This document shows positions 10,407 through 18,892 of a DNA stretch of 64,000 nt, piece after piece. The notes under the pieces were generated by a model. It saw only the letters and a program-made list of their open reading frames with translations, did not search any database and was not told where the DNA came from. A program made the position numbers and the translations under genes. Positions within the stretch are counted from its first letter, which is position 1. Each line of letters begins with the position of its first letter. Source of the DNA: an uncultured Pelagibacteraceae bacterium (GTDB lineage Bacteria > Pseudomonadota > Alphaproteobacteria > Pelagibacterales > Pelagibacteraceae); assembly GCA_902628635.1 (NCBI GenBank), contig CACONQ010000004.1, positions 48,082-112,081 of the forward strand, read 5' to 3'.

Positions 10407-11375
10407 ATGAATTATAAAATTGATAATCTTCAATACTGTAATTGGTCAAGAAAGGTATTTCAAATAAATAGAGAAGCAGAACTAGATGCAGTTCATGTAA
10501 CAGTTGTTTATCATGAAGATTATGATGAGTTTTTAGATAGAGTAAAAGAGTGGGATAATCATTTTAAAGAAAATTCAGATTTAATTTTTCTTGGAAAAAA
10601 CTTTAAGGATATTGAAAGAGCAAGAAAAGAAAATAAAACTGCCATTTTCTTTGGCTTTCAAAACTGCTCACCAATTGAGGATGATATTGGTTTAATTGAA
10701 AAAGTTCATGAAAAAGGATGTAGATTTATGCAACTCACTTATAACAATCAATCATTATTAGCTACAGGATGCTATGAAAAAACTGATAGCGGTGTTACAA
10801 ATTTTGGAAAAGAGGCTATAAAAGAAATGAATAGATTAGGTATTGTAGTTGACATGTCTCATTCAGCTGAAAAAAGTACTTTCGATGCAATTGATTTAAG
10901 CAAAAAGCCAATTGCCATAACTCATGCTAATCCAAATTTTTGGCATAAAGCTTTAAGAAACAAATCAAATGATCTTTTAAAAGCACTGGCAAGTAGCAAT
11001 GGAATGTTAGGTTTGTCATTATATGCTCACCATCTTAAAGATAGTACAAACTGTAAACTAGAAAGTTTTTGTGAAATGGCTGCAAGAACAGTTGATATAA
11101 TGGGAATAAACAATGTTGGTATAGGCTCAGACCTTTGTTTAAACCAACCTGACACTGTTGTTGAATGGATGAGAAATGGAACTTGGACAAAAACAAAAAA
11201 CTACGGAGAAGGATCAAAAAATAAACCTGGATTTCCTCAACAACCTGATTGGTTTTTAGATGCAAGAGGTTTTAAAAATCTAGAAACAGGATTAAAAAAT
11301 ATAGGTTTTAACAGCGAGGATACACATAAAATTTTAGGCAATAATTGGTATAATTTTTACAAAGGCATTAATTAA
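10407..11375 (+). CDS. Membrane-dipeptidase (M19)-like amidohydrolase with non-canonical metal site
   Basis: MQLTYN, EMNRLGIVVDMSH, ITHAN, RNKS, GIGSD, ILGNNW; N-terminal HxD replaced by DNLQ and the usual Glu by GFQN. Confidence 0.8.
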   Translation: MNYKIDNLQYCNWSRKVFQINREAELDAVHVTVVYHEDYDEFLDRVKEWDNHFKENSDLIFLGKNFKDIERARKENKTAIFFGFQNCSPIEDDIGLIEKVHEKGCRFMQLTYNNQSLLATGCYEKTDSGVTNFGKEAIKEMNRLGIVVDMSHSAEKSTFDAIDLSKKPIAITHANPNFWHKALRNKSNDLLKALASSNGMLGLSLYAHHLKDSTNCKLESFCEMAARTVDIMGINNVGIGSDLCLNQPDTVVEWMRNGTWTKTKNYGEGSKNKPGFPQQPDWFLDARGFKNLETGLKNIGFNSEDTHKILGNNWYNFYKGIN

Positions 11376-13036
11376 TGAAAATTAATCTTAGAGATCCAAA
11401 GAAAATAATGAAATTATCAAAACTTGGATGCTTTCATCAATCCAAATTATCTTTCTTACGTTCATTTCTAAAAGAATTTAAAACCTGGAAGTATAATAGA
11501 GATTTATTTGATTTAGATGAAAATGGATTTGGAAGAGCAGTTTATTCATTTAGCAAAAATAAAAGAATTTATTCATTAATATGTTTTGCTAATAAAATAG
11601 ATGACAATGAAAGATCTGATAGAGTTATCGCAACGAAATGGGACGCAGCATTTACTTTACATGATGGAATTCCTAGTAAAAATGATTTAGATCGCTTAAG
11701 TGAAAATGTTCCTAAACAAGAAGTTGGCAGAATGTCTTACAAAGAACTAACATTATCGAGAGCGAATAAATCAGTCAGAATTTTCGACCACGTGGTTGAT
11801 AGTCTTTCGAATGGAAGACAACCAGATAAGTCCAAAATTTCAGAAGTTGGTTATTTATATAGAACAACTGCTGTTTATGGCTCTGGGAAATTTGGTTTAG
11901 CTGATCGCTTTAGAATAAAAAATAGAAATGAAATTTTTGGTCCATTTAGATTGGAAATGATGTTAGTTTACTTAGTAAGACAATTTACTTTTGACCAAGT
12001 TAATCATATTGCAAAATATAAAAATCCAAAAAAAGCTATTAAGTTAGATAATAATATCTGTAGAAATTTAGGAATTGGGAACTCAACAGGTTTAGGTATG
12101 GCACCTTTTATTGTAAATCATCCAACGCTATTAAATAATTGGATATCAGCAAGAGAAAATGTGCTAAAAAAAATTAGAGAGATCAAAGTAGTTGAAAAAA
12201 AAAGTGAGGATATTTTTAAAAATTGTCTCAAAAAATCTTTAAAAAATATATCTTCATGGACAACTGATAGTGAATTTCAAAAGAAAAAAATTTTAAGTTT
12301 AAATGAGGATTTAATAAAATTTACAAAATTTTTAGACGAAAATCCTTTATTTCAAAGCGAATACCCTTTCAATGAGATTTACTTATGGAGTGAGAAAAAC
12401 CTCAAAGATGAGTGTATCGAATATATTGTTTCGATGATGATGGAACCTTTTGATGAAATTGTTGAGCCATATGTTTATAAAATGAGCTCTGAAGAAGATA
12501 AGTTTTTTACAATACCAGCAAGTCGTACTATTCAAGATCTAAGAAGAATTTTAGAAGAAAAATATTCCGATATACTTAAAATTGACTTCTCAAAGAAAGA
12601 GAGCAATCAAAATTTTTGGTTCATATCTAAAAATAAAGAAGAGCCGAGGCTTGCTGATAGATTTCATGATAATGGTTCTGAATTAGAACAACCCTTAGCA
12701 ATAGCCAGAGATATTAATGAATTATATTCAAGGATTTCTAATGTGAAAAATAGTTTAAAGGTTGGTAAATTCCTTTTAGAAAATAATGATCTCAGACATG
12801 TAGTAAGAAGAGCTTTTATAATTGAAAAATTTCCTTACGCAGAGATTCAGGATAACACAATCGGATCAGAATTAGTTGCAATTGACATGTTAAGACTAAA
12901 ATTGTCTTTTTTTGGTGCAGTTAAATTTGATCCACGATCTGATAAATGGTTGAGAATTTCCATGTTTCAAGGCGCTCCTCTTCCAGAAGATTTAAATTCT
13001 TTTAATGATCAGTGGGTTTATAATTCTTTAAATTGA
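11375..13036 (+). CDS. Hypothetical protein (553 aa), function unknown
   Basis: Long ORF translationally coupled to both neighbours; motif-like blocks ERSDRVIATKWDAAF, RTTAVYGSGKFG, GIGNSTGLGMAPF, SKNKEEPRL. Confidence 0.85.
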   Translation: MKINLRDPKKIMKLSKLGCFHQSKLSFLRSFLKEFKTWKYNRDLFDLDENGFGRAVYSFSKNKRIYSLICFANKIDDNERSDRVIATKWDAAFTLHDGIPSKNDLDRLSENVPKQEVGRMSYKELTLSRANKSVRIFDHVVDSLSNGRQPDKSKISEVGYLYRTTAVYGSGKFGLADRFRIKNRNEIFGPFRLEMMLVYLVRQFTFDQVNHIAKYKNPKKAIKLDNNICRNLGIGNSTGLGMAPFIVNHPTLLNNWISARENVLKKIREIKVVEKKSEDIFKNCLKKSLKNISSWTTDSEFQKKKILSLNEDLIKFTKFLDENPLFQSEYPFNEIYLWSEKNLKDECIEYIVSMMMEPFDEIVEPYVYKMSSEEDKFFTIPASRTIQDLRRILEEKYSDILKIDFSKKESNQNFWFISKNKEEPRLADRFHDNGSELEQPLAIARDINELYSRISNVKNSLKVGKFLLENNDLRHVVRRAFIIEKFPYAEIQDNTIGSELVAIDMLRLKLSFFGAVKFDPRSDKWLRISMFQGAPLPEDLNSFNDQWVYNSLN

Positions 13037-13644
13037 TGAGAAGTTTAAGTGAAATAGATACAATTGTCAAAAGAGCTAGCAAGGGTGTCGGTTATAGCTG
13101 GGGAATTGCAGAAGAAGTTGGAAAAAATATTAAACTATTAGAAACTTATGGTTTATCTGGTTTAAAAAACTTAAATGATTATTTTAACTCATTAAAATCA
13201 AAAAAATTTCAACACCTTACTCACATATCTACCGAAAATCATTCTAAAATACCTTATTGTCCAATTATAGCTGGAACAAGTTTTCTTGATCAAATCGATG
13301 AGCTTAAAGATTTGGTTAATATTAAAATTGAAAATATGTCTTATCCAATTTTATTTTTACCTTTTTTAAGTAGAGCTTCAGAAATAGTTGGAAAAAAAAT
13401 ATCGCTTAAAATCGATGAAAAAATTTTTCTATTAAATTTTAATCAAAATATATATTCAAATTATTTTGCTAATGAAATATTAAAACATGCAGATTTAATT
13501 CAAATTTCTTTTATCAAAAATTCAAATACATTTGATCAAAATGAATGGGATAATTTATATAAGTTATCTACAAACACCTTTGTTGACGAAACAGATGAGC
13601 TAAAAAAAAGTGCAGCAGGAGCCGGATTGACGGATAATGATTAA
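13036..13644 (+). CDS. DUF3726-like protein
   Basis: RSLSEIDTIVKRASKGVGYSWGIAEEVG N-terminus, CPIIAG, C-terminal GAGLTDND, as recalled for DUF3726. Confidence 0.75.
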   Translation: MRSLSEIDTIVKRASKGVGYSWGIAEEVGKNIKLLETYGLSGLKNLNDYFNSLKSKKFQHLTHISTENHSKIPYCPIIAGTSFLDQIDELKDLVNIKIENMSYPILFLPFLSRASEIVGKKISLKIDEKIFLLNFNQNIYSNYFANEILKHADLIQISFIKNSNTFDQNEWDNLYKLSTNTFVDETDELKKSAAGAGLTDND

Positions 13645-13807
13645 AAAATATTTTACAAAACCTGATAAAAATGATCCGATTGAGGAATTAAACAATGTTT
13701 GTGAGGAATGTAAAAAAGAAGACGAAAGCGTAAGGCAAAATTTAATTCTAACAGGTTTTAAGTTATGTAAGTCCTGCAGAACTTCAAAAACTATATTTCC
13801 AATTTAA
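13637..13807 (+). CDS. Small zinc-ribbon protein (56 aa, CxxC...CxxC), not in ORF track
   Basis: MIKKYFTKPDKNDPIEELNNVCEECKKEDESVRQNLILTGFKLCKSCRTSKTIFPI; start overlaps the DUF3726 stop and the ORF fills the gap exactly. Confidence 0.7.
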   Translation: MIKKYFTKPDKNDPIEELNNVCEECKKEDESVRQNLILTGFKLCKSCRTSKTIFPI

Positions 13808-14349
13808 GTAATATTCCCAGCTGGAAGTACATTCATTTTACTCATTACAAAAGAGACTGATAAAAAAGCAATTATTAAAAAGGATAAAAATATTATACCA
13901 AATGATTTAAAGTTTGATTTAAGATTAAGCACCTGTCTCATAGAGATAATTAAAGATGCAAATATCCAAAATTGCGTTAAAAAAATTATAGGAAATACTA
14001 CCTCAGGAACTACAGCAAAAAATCTGAGTAAGCCAGGCGCATGAGCGTATCCAACTCCAATTAGTATATTTTTGAATGAAGCTTTAGTATTTTTATCAGG
14101 AAATAGTTTTACACCAATAACATAAATTAAAATTGACCAAAAAAACCAAGCGAAAATTGCTGTTATTCCCGAAACTCCTATTGATGTTTTGATAACTGTG
14201 TTTGCTGCAATTGCACCAGCAACCCCGTCTAATATCATAATCAAACCAGCAAAATAAATACCAGCCTCACCAAAATATCTACTATTAGTATATAAAGTTT
14301 TATCTAATTTTATTGATTTAAAAATTATATCTAAAAAAAAAGCAAACAT
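13804..14349 (-). CDS. Yip1-like integral membrane protein
   Basis: About five hydrophobic helices, GVGYAHAPGLLR motif. Confidence 0.7.
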   Translation of the reverse strand: MFAFFLDIIFKSIKLDKTLYTNSRYFGEAGIYFAGLIMILDGVAGAIAANTVIKTSIGVSGITAIFAWFFWSILIYVIGVKLFPDKNTKASFKNILIGVGYAHAPGLLRFFAVVPEVVFPIIFLTQFWIFASLIISMRQVLNLKSNFKSFGIIFLSFLIIAFLSVSFVMSKMNVLPAGNIT

Positions 14350-14350
14350 A

Positions 14351-14455
14351 TTATTTTTTATTTTTTTTTTGTGCTTTGTAAGACACTAAAAGTGGAAAAA
14401 GTATTAAAACAATTACTATGATTATGCAAACACCAATTAAAAATACTTTGGTCAT
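14351..14455 (-). CDS. Putative 34-aa single-pass membrane micro-protein, not in ORF track
   Basis: MTKVFLIGVCIIIVIVLILFPLLVSYKAQKKNKK: one TM helix with basic tail; stop lies 1 nt before the Yip1-like ATG. Confidence 0.5.
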   Translation of the reverse strand: MTKVFLIGVCIIIVIVLILFPLLVSYKAQKKNKK

Positions 14456-14460
14456 TTTTA

Positions 14461-14483
14461 TAGGGGGGATTATATCCCCCCTA
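14461..14483. terminator. Perfect 10-bp stem-loop after the GcvT-like gene (terminator or mRNA-stabilising hairpin)
   Basis: TAGGGGGGAT-TAT-ATCCCCCCTA; no U-tract follows on the minus strand. Confidence 0.6.
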
Positions 14484-14490
14484 AAATTAT

Positions 14491-15846
14491 TTAGCCTTTT
14501 ACAACTTCTCTTGTATTTGCATGGTAAGATTCAGTAAAAGGTATGTCTACAACTACAGCATCTACTGGTTTACCTGGTTTTAAAGAATATTTTCTTGGTA
14601 AATGCACTTTATACCTAGTTCCAACTTTACCTTTTGGAAAACCATTTGGATTTTTTGTGCCATCGTATGGAACATATCCCATTGCTATATTTGTTCCTTT
14701 TTCAGGATGATACCAAGGAGACGTTACAAAACCAACTGGCTTACCTCCACTAGCTTTTGAAATTAACCAAAAATCAGGAGCATATTCTGTTATCGGTTTA
14801 CCACCAAGTTCTAAACCAACTAACTGAAGTTTATAAGGTTTCTTTCCAGATTTTAGTTGTGCTTTCATTTTTTCTAATGCAGCTTTACCAATATAATTAG
14901 CTTTCTTTTTCCACTCACCTTTTCCTGAAAGAGAAACTTGATAACCAAGATTACACTGAAAAGGATTGTGCTCATGATCTAAATCTTGACCCCAAGATAA
15001 AATTCCAGCCTGGATTCTTCTATGGTGCGCTGGTGCAATCACTCTCAATTTATGTTTTTTACCAGCTTTAAGAACAGCATTCCACATATCATCAGCGTAT
15101 TTAGTTGCATTCTTTAAATATATTTCATAACCAGCTTCTCCGGAGAAACCTGATTGAGAAATAACGCATTCTCTTCCACCAACTCTGGCCTTTGCTAATC
15201 CATAATATGGCATGTTATCTAAATCAACTTGTCTTCCTATTAAATCTTTCATTAAAGCCTTAGATTTAGGTCCTTGTATTTGAACTGGACATGCATCTAT
15301 TTCATCTATTTCGCATTTGAACTTTTTGTTAGCATTAACTCCTTGGAGGTATAAACCAATATCACTATCAGATAAACTAAACCAAAATTCATCTTTTGCT
15401 ACTCTTAACAAAATAGGATCATTTAAAACTCCGCCTTTATAGTTACAAAGAATTACATACCTTGCTCTCATTGGTGAAATTTTAGTTGCATCTCTAGTAA
15501 TTACGTAGTTAACAAATTTTTCAGCATCTCTACCTTTGACTCTAATTTGTCTTTCAACAGCAACATTCCACATTGTTACATCATTTTTAATTGATTTGTA
15601 TTCTACCATAGCTCCATTTTTACCCTTTACATATCCTCTTGGATGGTAAATACGATTATAAACTGTTGCTCTCCAACATCCTGCCCTCATTGATAAATGC
15701 CAGTAGGGCGATTTTCGCACTCTTGTCGATATTAATAATTCAACTTTTGTTGGACCGCTTTGTCTTAAATTATATGGAACATGTCGATCTGATTGATTTA
15801 CAGATGTTTCATGTTTCAGTCTTGAATAATCAAATTCTTTAGACAT
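14491..15846 (-). CDS. GcvT/DmdA-family THF-dependent aminomethyltransferase/demethylase
   Basis: MWNVAVERQI, GGVLNDPILLR, QIQGPKS, SQSGFSGEAGYEIY, RRIQAGILSWGQD. Confidence 0.88.
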   Translation of the reverse strand: MSKEFDYSRLKHETSVNQSDRHVPYNLRQSGPTKVELLISTRVRKSPYWHLSMRAGCWRATVYNRIYHPRGYVKGKNGAMVEYKSIKNDVTMWNVAVERQIRVKGRDAEKFVNYVITRDATKISPMRARYVILCNYKGGVLNDPILLRVAKDEFWFSLSDSDIGLYLQGVNANKKFKCEIDEIDACPVQIQGPKSKALMKDLIGRQVDLDNMPYYGLAKARVGGRECVISQSGFSGEAGYEIYLKNATKYADDMWNAVLKAGKKHKLRVIAPAHHRRIQAGILSWGQDLDHEHNPFQCNLGYQVSLSGKGEWKKKANYIGKAALEKMKAQLKSGKKPYKLQLVGLELGGKPITEYAPDFWLISKASGGKPVGFVTSPWYHPEKGTNIAMGYVPYDGTKNPNGFPKGKVGTRYKVHLPRKYSLKPGKPVDAVVVDIPFTESYHANTREVVKG

Positions 15847-16567
15847 ATTTATTCTCCTTCAACCACTTGTTAGTTTCCTTCAAGCCGCCGAATGTATAAA
15901 TGTGAAAAAAATCGGTGTGCGTTTTTAATTTCTCAATTAATTCATTTGGGTCTTTAGGTTTTAATAAATCTAACGCCTTACTAAAATTAGATTTAAGAAA
16001 ATTTAAGGAATTTTTTGCTCCTACAATATTTGCAAATTTAATTAAGCTTGATATTTTTAGAGGTCCAGTAATTCCAACATGCACTGGCACGCTTTGTTTA
16101 GAAATAAAATCTATGATTGGCTGAGGATCTAATAACCACTGGGTTACTATATAATCAGCATAAGGCTTTTTATCTATCATAGCTTTTTCTAAATCTGAGT
16201 CGGATATATCAGGACTCCCCTCTGGATGTCCAGCAATTCCTATCTTCATCTTCTCAAAATAACCAGTCTCTAAAAGTTGATATGAGCTATCAAATTTACC
16301 TGCGGGTTCACGACCGCCACCTATAACTAAAACTTGCTTTACGCCCCCGTCCTTGCACATGGACACATATTCTTTAAGTTGATTATTGTCCTCAATTGAT
16401 CTTGCAGGAAAGTGCGGTATTGGATTATAGCCTCTTTTTACAAGGCTTATTGCTTGTTGTGCTGTCTCTTTGTAATCTCCTCCAGGAAGCATTGTGATAT
16501 AAACATCATTCAAATTAGGCAAGGTCTCTAAATCTGTTTTAGGCCCGATTTCAACTGAAAATTTCAT
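15839..16567 (-). CDS. metF: Short methylenetetrahydrofolate reductase-like protein
   Basis: FSVEIGP, PIPHFPAR, LVIGG, IAGHPEG, IVTQW, FHIYTFG; start set to ATG 16567 (MKFSVE) because the longer ORF overlaps the permease. Confidence 0.8.
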   Translation of the reverse strand: MKFSVEIGPKTDLETLPNLNDVYITMLPGGDYKETAQQAISLVKRGYNPIPHFPARSIEDNNQLKEYVSMCKDGGVKQVLVIGGGREPAGKFDSSYQLLETGYFEKMKIGIAGHPEGSPDISDSDLEKAMIDKKPYADYIVTQWLLDPQPIIDFISKQSVPVHVGITGPLKISSLIKFANIVGAKNSLNFLKSNFSKALDLLKPKDPNELIEKLKTHTDFFHIYTFGGLKETNKWLKENKYV

Positions 16568-16631
16568 AAATGAATGTTTATTTATTTTAAAATTTCTGTC
16601 TATAAAAATCGAGCTATCTGCGATAAGAAAA

Positions 16632-17516
16632 CTATCTTTTTGTACCCCGGTGTTTCTGAATTCTTCTACCGTATTCTTGAGTAATCCTGTCAAAAATTAT
16701 GGCTAATGCCACTATTGCTAAGCCATTAAATAAACCTAAGGCTAAATATTGATTTGATATAGCTCTAAGTATTGGAACGCCTAACCCTTTTACCCCAATC
16801 ATTGAGGCTATCACTACCATTGCTAGTGCCATCATTATTGTTTGGTTTACACCTGCAAAAACCGTAGGAAGAGCCAAAGGTATTTGAACAGTTCTTAATT
16901 TTTGTAATTTTGTTGCACCAAAAGCTTCACTAGCTTCAATTGTTTCTCTATCTACTTCTCTAATTCCTAAGTTGGTCAATCTTATTACTGGAGGAATTGC
17001 ATAAATACATACTGCAATCAATCCAGGTATTTTACCAATACCTAATAACATTAATATCGGTATCAAATATACAAAGCTTGGAATTGTTTGCATCATGTCT
17101 AAAACTGGAAGCATTGCTCTTTCAACTCTATCTGATCTTGCCATTAAAACTCCTATTGGAATACCAACCGCTATACACATAATTGTACAAACTGTAATTA
17201 TAGCTACCGTTGCCATGCAATCTTTCCACATACCGAAGTAACCAATTAACATAAATGCAACAACACTACCTATAACTAGTTTCCAACTTCTTGAACCCAA
17301 CCATGCTAAAGCACCGAGAACCAATAAGATTATTGGCCAAGGTGTTGCTAGTAATAACTTTTCTAATTTAATTAAAAAAAATAACAAAGGATCGAAAAAT
17401 GCTTCGATGGAGTCACCATATGATCTTGAAAAATCCCTAAAAGCAAAATCAATTCCCTTTCTTAACTCCATAAGAGAGGTACGTTCCATAACGGGAAATT
17501 TTGTTAAAAAATCCAT
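16632..17516 (-). CDS. proW: Glycine betaine/proline-type ABC transporter permease (ProW/OpuAB family)
   Basis: LDMMQTIPSFVYLIP, EASEAFGAT EAA loop, GVNQTIMMALAMVVIASMIG. Confidence 0.9.
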   Translation of the reverse strand: MDFLTKFPVMERTSLMELRKGIDFAFRDFSRSYGDSIEAFFDPLLFFLIKLEKLLLATPWPIILLVLGALAWLGSRSWKLVIGSVVAFMLIGYFGMWKDCMATVAIITVCTIMCIAVGIPIGVLMARSDRVERAMLPVLDMMQTIPSFVYLIPILMLLGIGKIPGLIAVCIYAIPPVIRLTNLGIREVDRETIEASEAFGATKLQKLRTVQIPLALPTVFAGVNQTIMMALAMVVIASMIGVKGLGVPILRAISNQYLALGLFNGLAIVALAIIFDRITQEYGRRIQKHRGTKR

Positions 17517-17530
17517 ATATAAAATTTAGA

Positions 17531-17561
17531 ATAACGAGCCTAATATTAATAGGCTCGTTAT
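17531..17561. terminator. 12-bp stem-loop between SBP and permease genes
   Basis: ATAACGAGCCTA-ATATTAA-TAGGCTCGTTAT, just downstream of the SBP stop on the minus strand. Confidence 0.7.
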
Positions 17562-17573
17562 AAATTTTAAAAA

Positions 17574-18593
17574 TTAAAGACCAGCTTTGATTTTTTTCTT
17601 AGCTGCTGAAGATACCCATTTACCCCAAACACCTTCATGCTGCTTTAAAAACTCAACAGCTGCATCTGAACCTTTAGCTTGGTTATCAGCCATATAAACT
17701 AACATAGAGTTCATAACCTCACCTGGATAAGTTCGCTTTTTAACGTAATTTAAAGCGTCTTTTCCACCTGTTTTTGCAAAGTTTGCAGTAACAATAGAGT
17801 TTACTTCTGATTTAGTCCAAGCAGTTGGTTTTGGATTTGCACAATCTTGTTCTGCAAGAGTTATGCAGTTATCCCAGTTATCTCTGCTGTGAAATTTCAC
17901 ACCAAAGTCTACTGATATTAAACTGTATTTTCCAACCATTGAAGTTGGGTTCCAGTAATATCCAAACCATGGCTCACCTGAGTCTGCTGCTTTAGATATT
18001 GTTCCATCTAAACCTGCAGCTGAACCTGGATCAATTAACACCCAACCTTTTTTTTCCATTTCAAATGCTCTAAAAAGATTTGCGTTAGCTAATTGACAAC
18101 CCCATCCAGCAGGACATCCAACAAAAGCTCCTTTTGATGGATCTTCTTTTGACGGAAACCACTCTGGGTGCTCTAAAATTTCCATTGCAGTCATACCTTT
18201 GATCTGCGGATGCTTTTTAACAGTTCCTGGAGTAATCCACCAACCTTCACCAAGACCAGTAATAGGAGCTTGGTTAGCAATGATTAATCTTTTTTCTGAA
18301 ACTGCTTTTTTTAAAGGTGTGTAAACAGCATTTGCCCATTGTTCTGGGTTCATGTCTGGTTCGCCTTTTTCATCCATTGAGGTAAAAGTTGGCATAGTTG
18401 CACCAGGTATAAGTTCAACCTCGCAACCATAACCTTTCTCAAGGATTATCTTATCAACGTTCGCCATTAATTCAGCAGAAGCCCAGTTCTGCTCAGCGAT
18501 AACTAATTTTCCGCATGCAGCATTAGCAACACTGTTTAATGAAGTGAAGCCTAATATTACAAGAGCGGAAATAATTACATTTTTTATTTTCAT
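17574..18593 (-). CDS. proX: Quaternary-amine ABC transporter substrate-binding protein (ProX/OpuAC family)
   Basis: Signal peptide, NWASAE, GYGCEVELIPG, GCPAGWGC, GYYWNP; ligand not determined. Confidence 0.85.
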   Translation of the reverse strand: MKIKNVIISALVILGFTSLNSVANAACGKLVIAEQNWASAELMANVDKIILEKGYGCEVELIPGATMPTFTSMDEKGEPDMNPEQWANAVYTPLKKAVSEKRLIIANQAPITGLGEGWWITPGTVKKHPQIKGMTAMEILEHPEWFPSKEDPSKGAFVGCPAGWGCQLANANLFRAFEMEKKGWVLIDPGSAAGLDGTISKAADSGEPWFGYYWNPTSMVGKYSLISVDFGVKFHSRDNWDNCITLAEQDCANPKPTAWTKSEVNSIVTANFAKTGGKDALNYVKKRTYPGEVMNSMLVYMADNQAKGSDAAVEFLKQHEGVWGKWVSSAAKKKIKAGL

Positions 18594-18892
18594 TATATTT
18601 CCCCTTAATTAATTAAAGTATTTAATGAGAACACATAGCAAAATAAAAAGCAAATTTATCTCAACTACGAGTTGTAGATAAATTGTTTTGCAAAGCTTAA
18701 TTTCTAGATGTAGTCTTTATTTTTATGTCTAAGGAAAAGTGTAACTGTCTTAAAAAATTTAGAGTTCTTGGGTATTTTTCTTTTGATGATCTATACCTAA
18801 ATAGATTTTATTTCAGATTACATTCAAATTATTTCCAGAGTCATTAATTTTATTAAGTTCAATTAAAATAATAAAATTATTAAGGAGGATTA

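Noticed and set aside
14491-15846. Canonical gcvT or dmdA
   Set aside because: Longer than either, no gcvH/gcvP adjacent, and orthology to DmdA cannot be shown from motifs alone.
17574-18593. TMAO-binding protein TmoX
   Set aside because: Lacks the HNWSSQ-type N-terminal motif I recall for TmoX; no tmm/tdm genes in the window.
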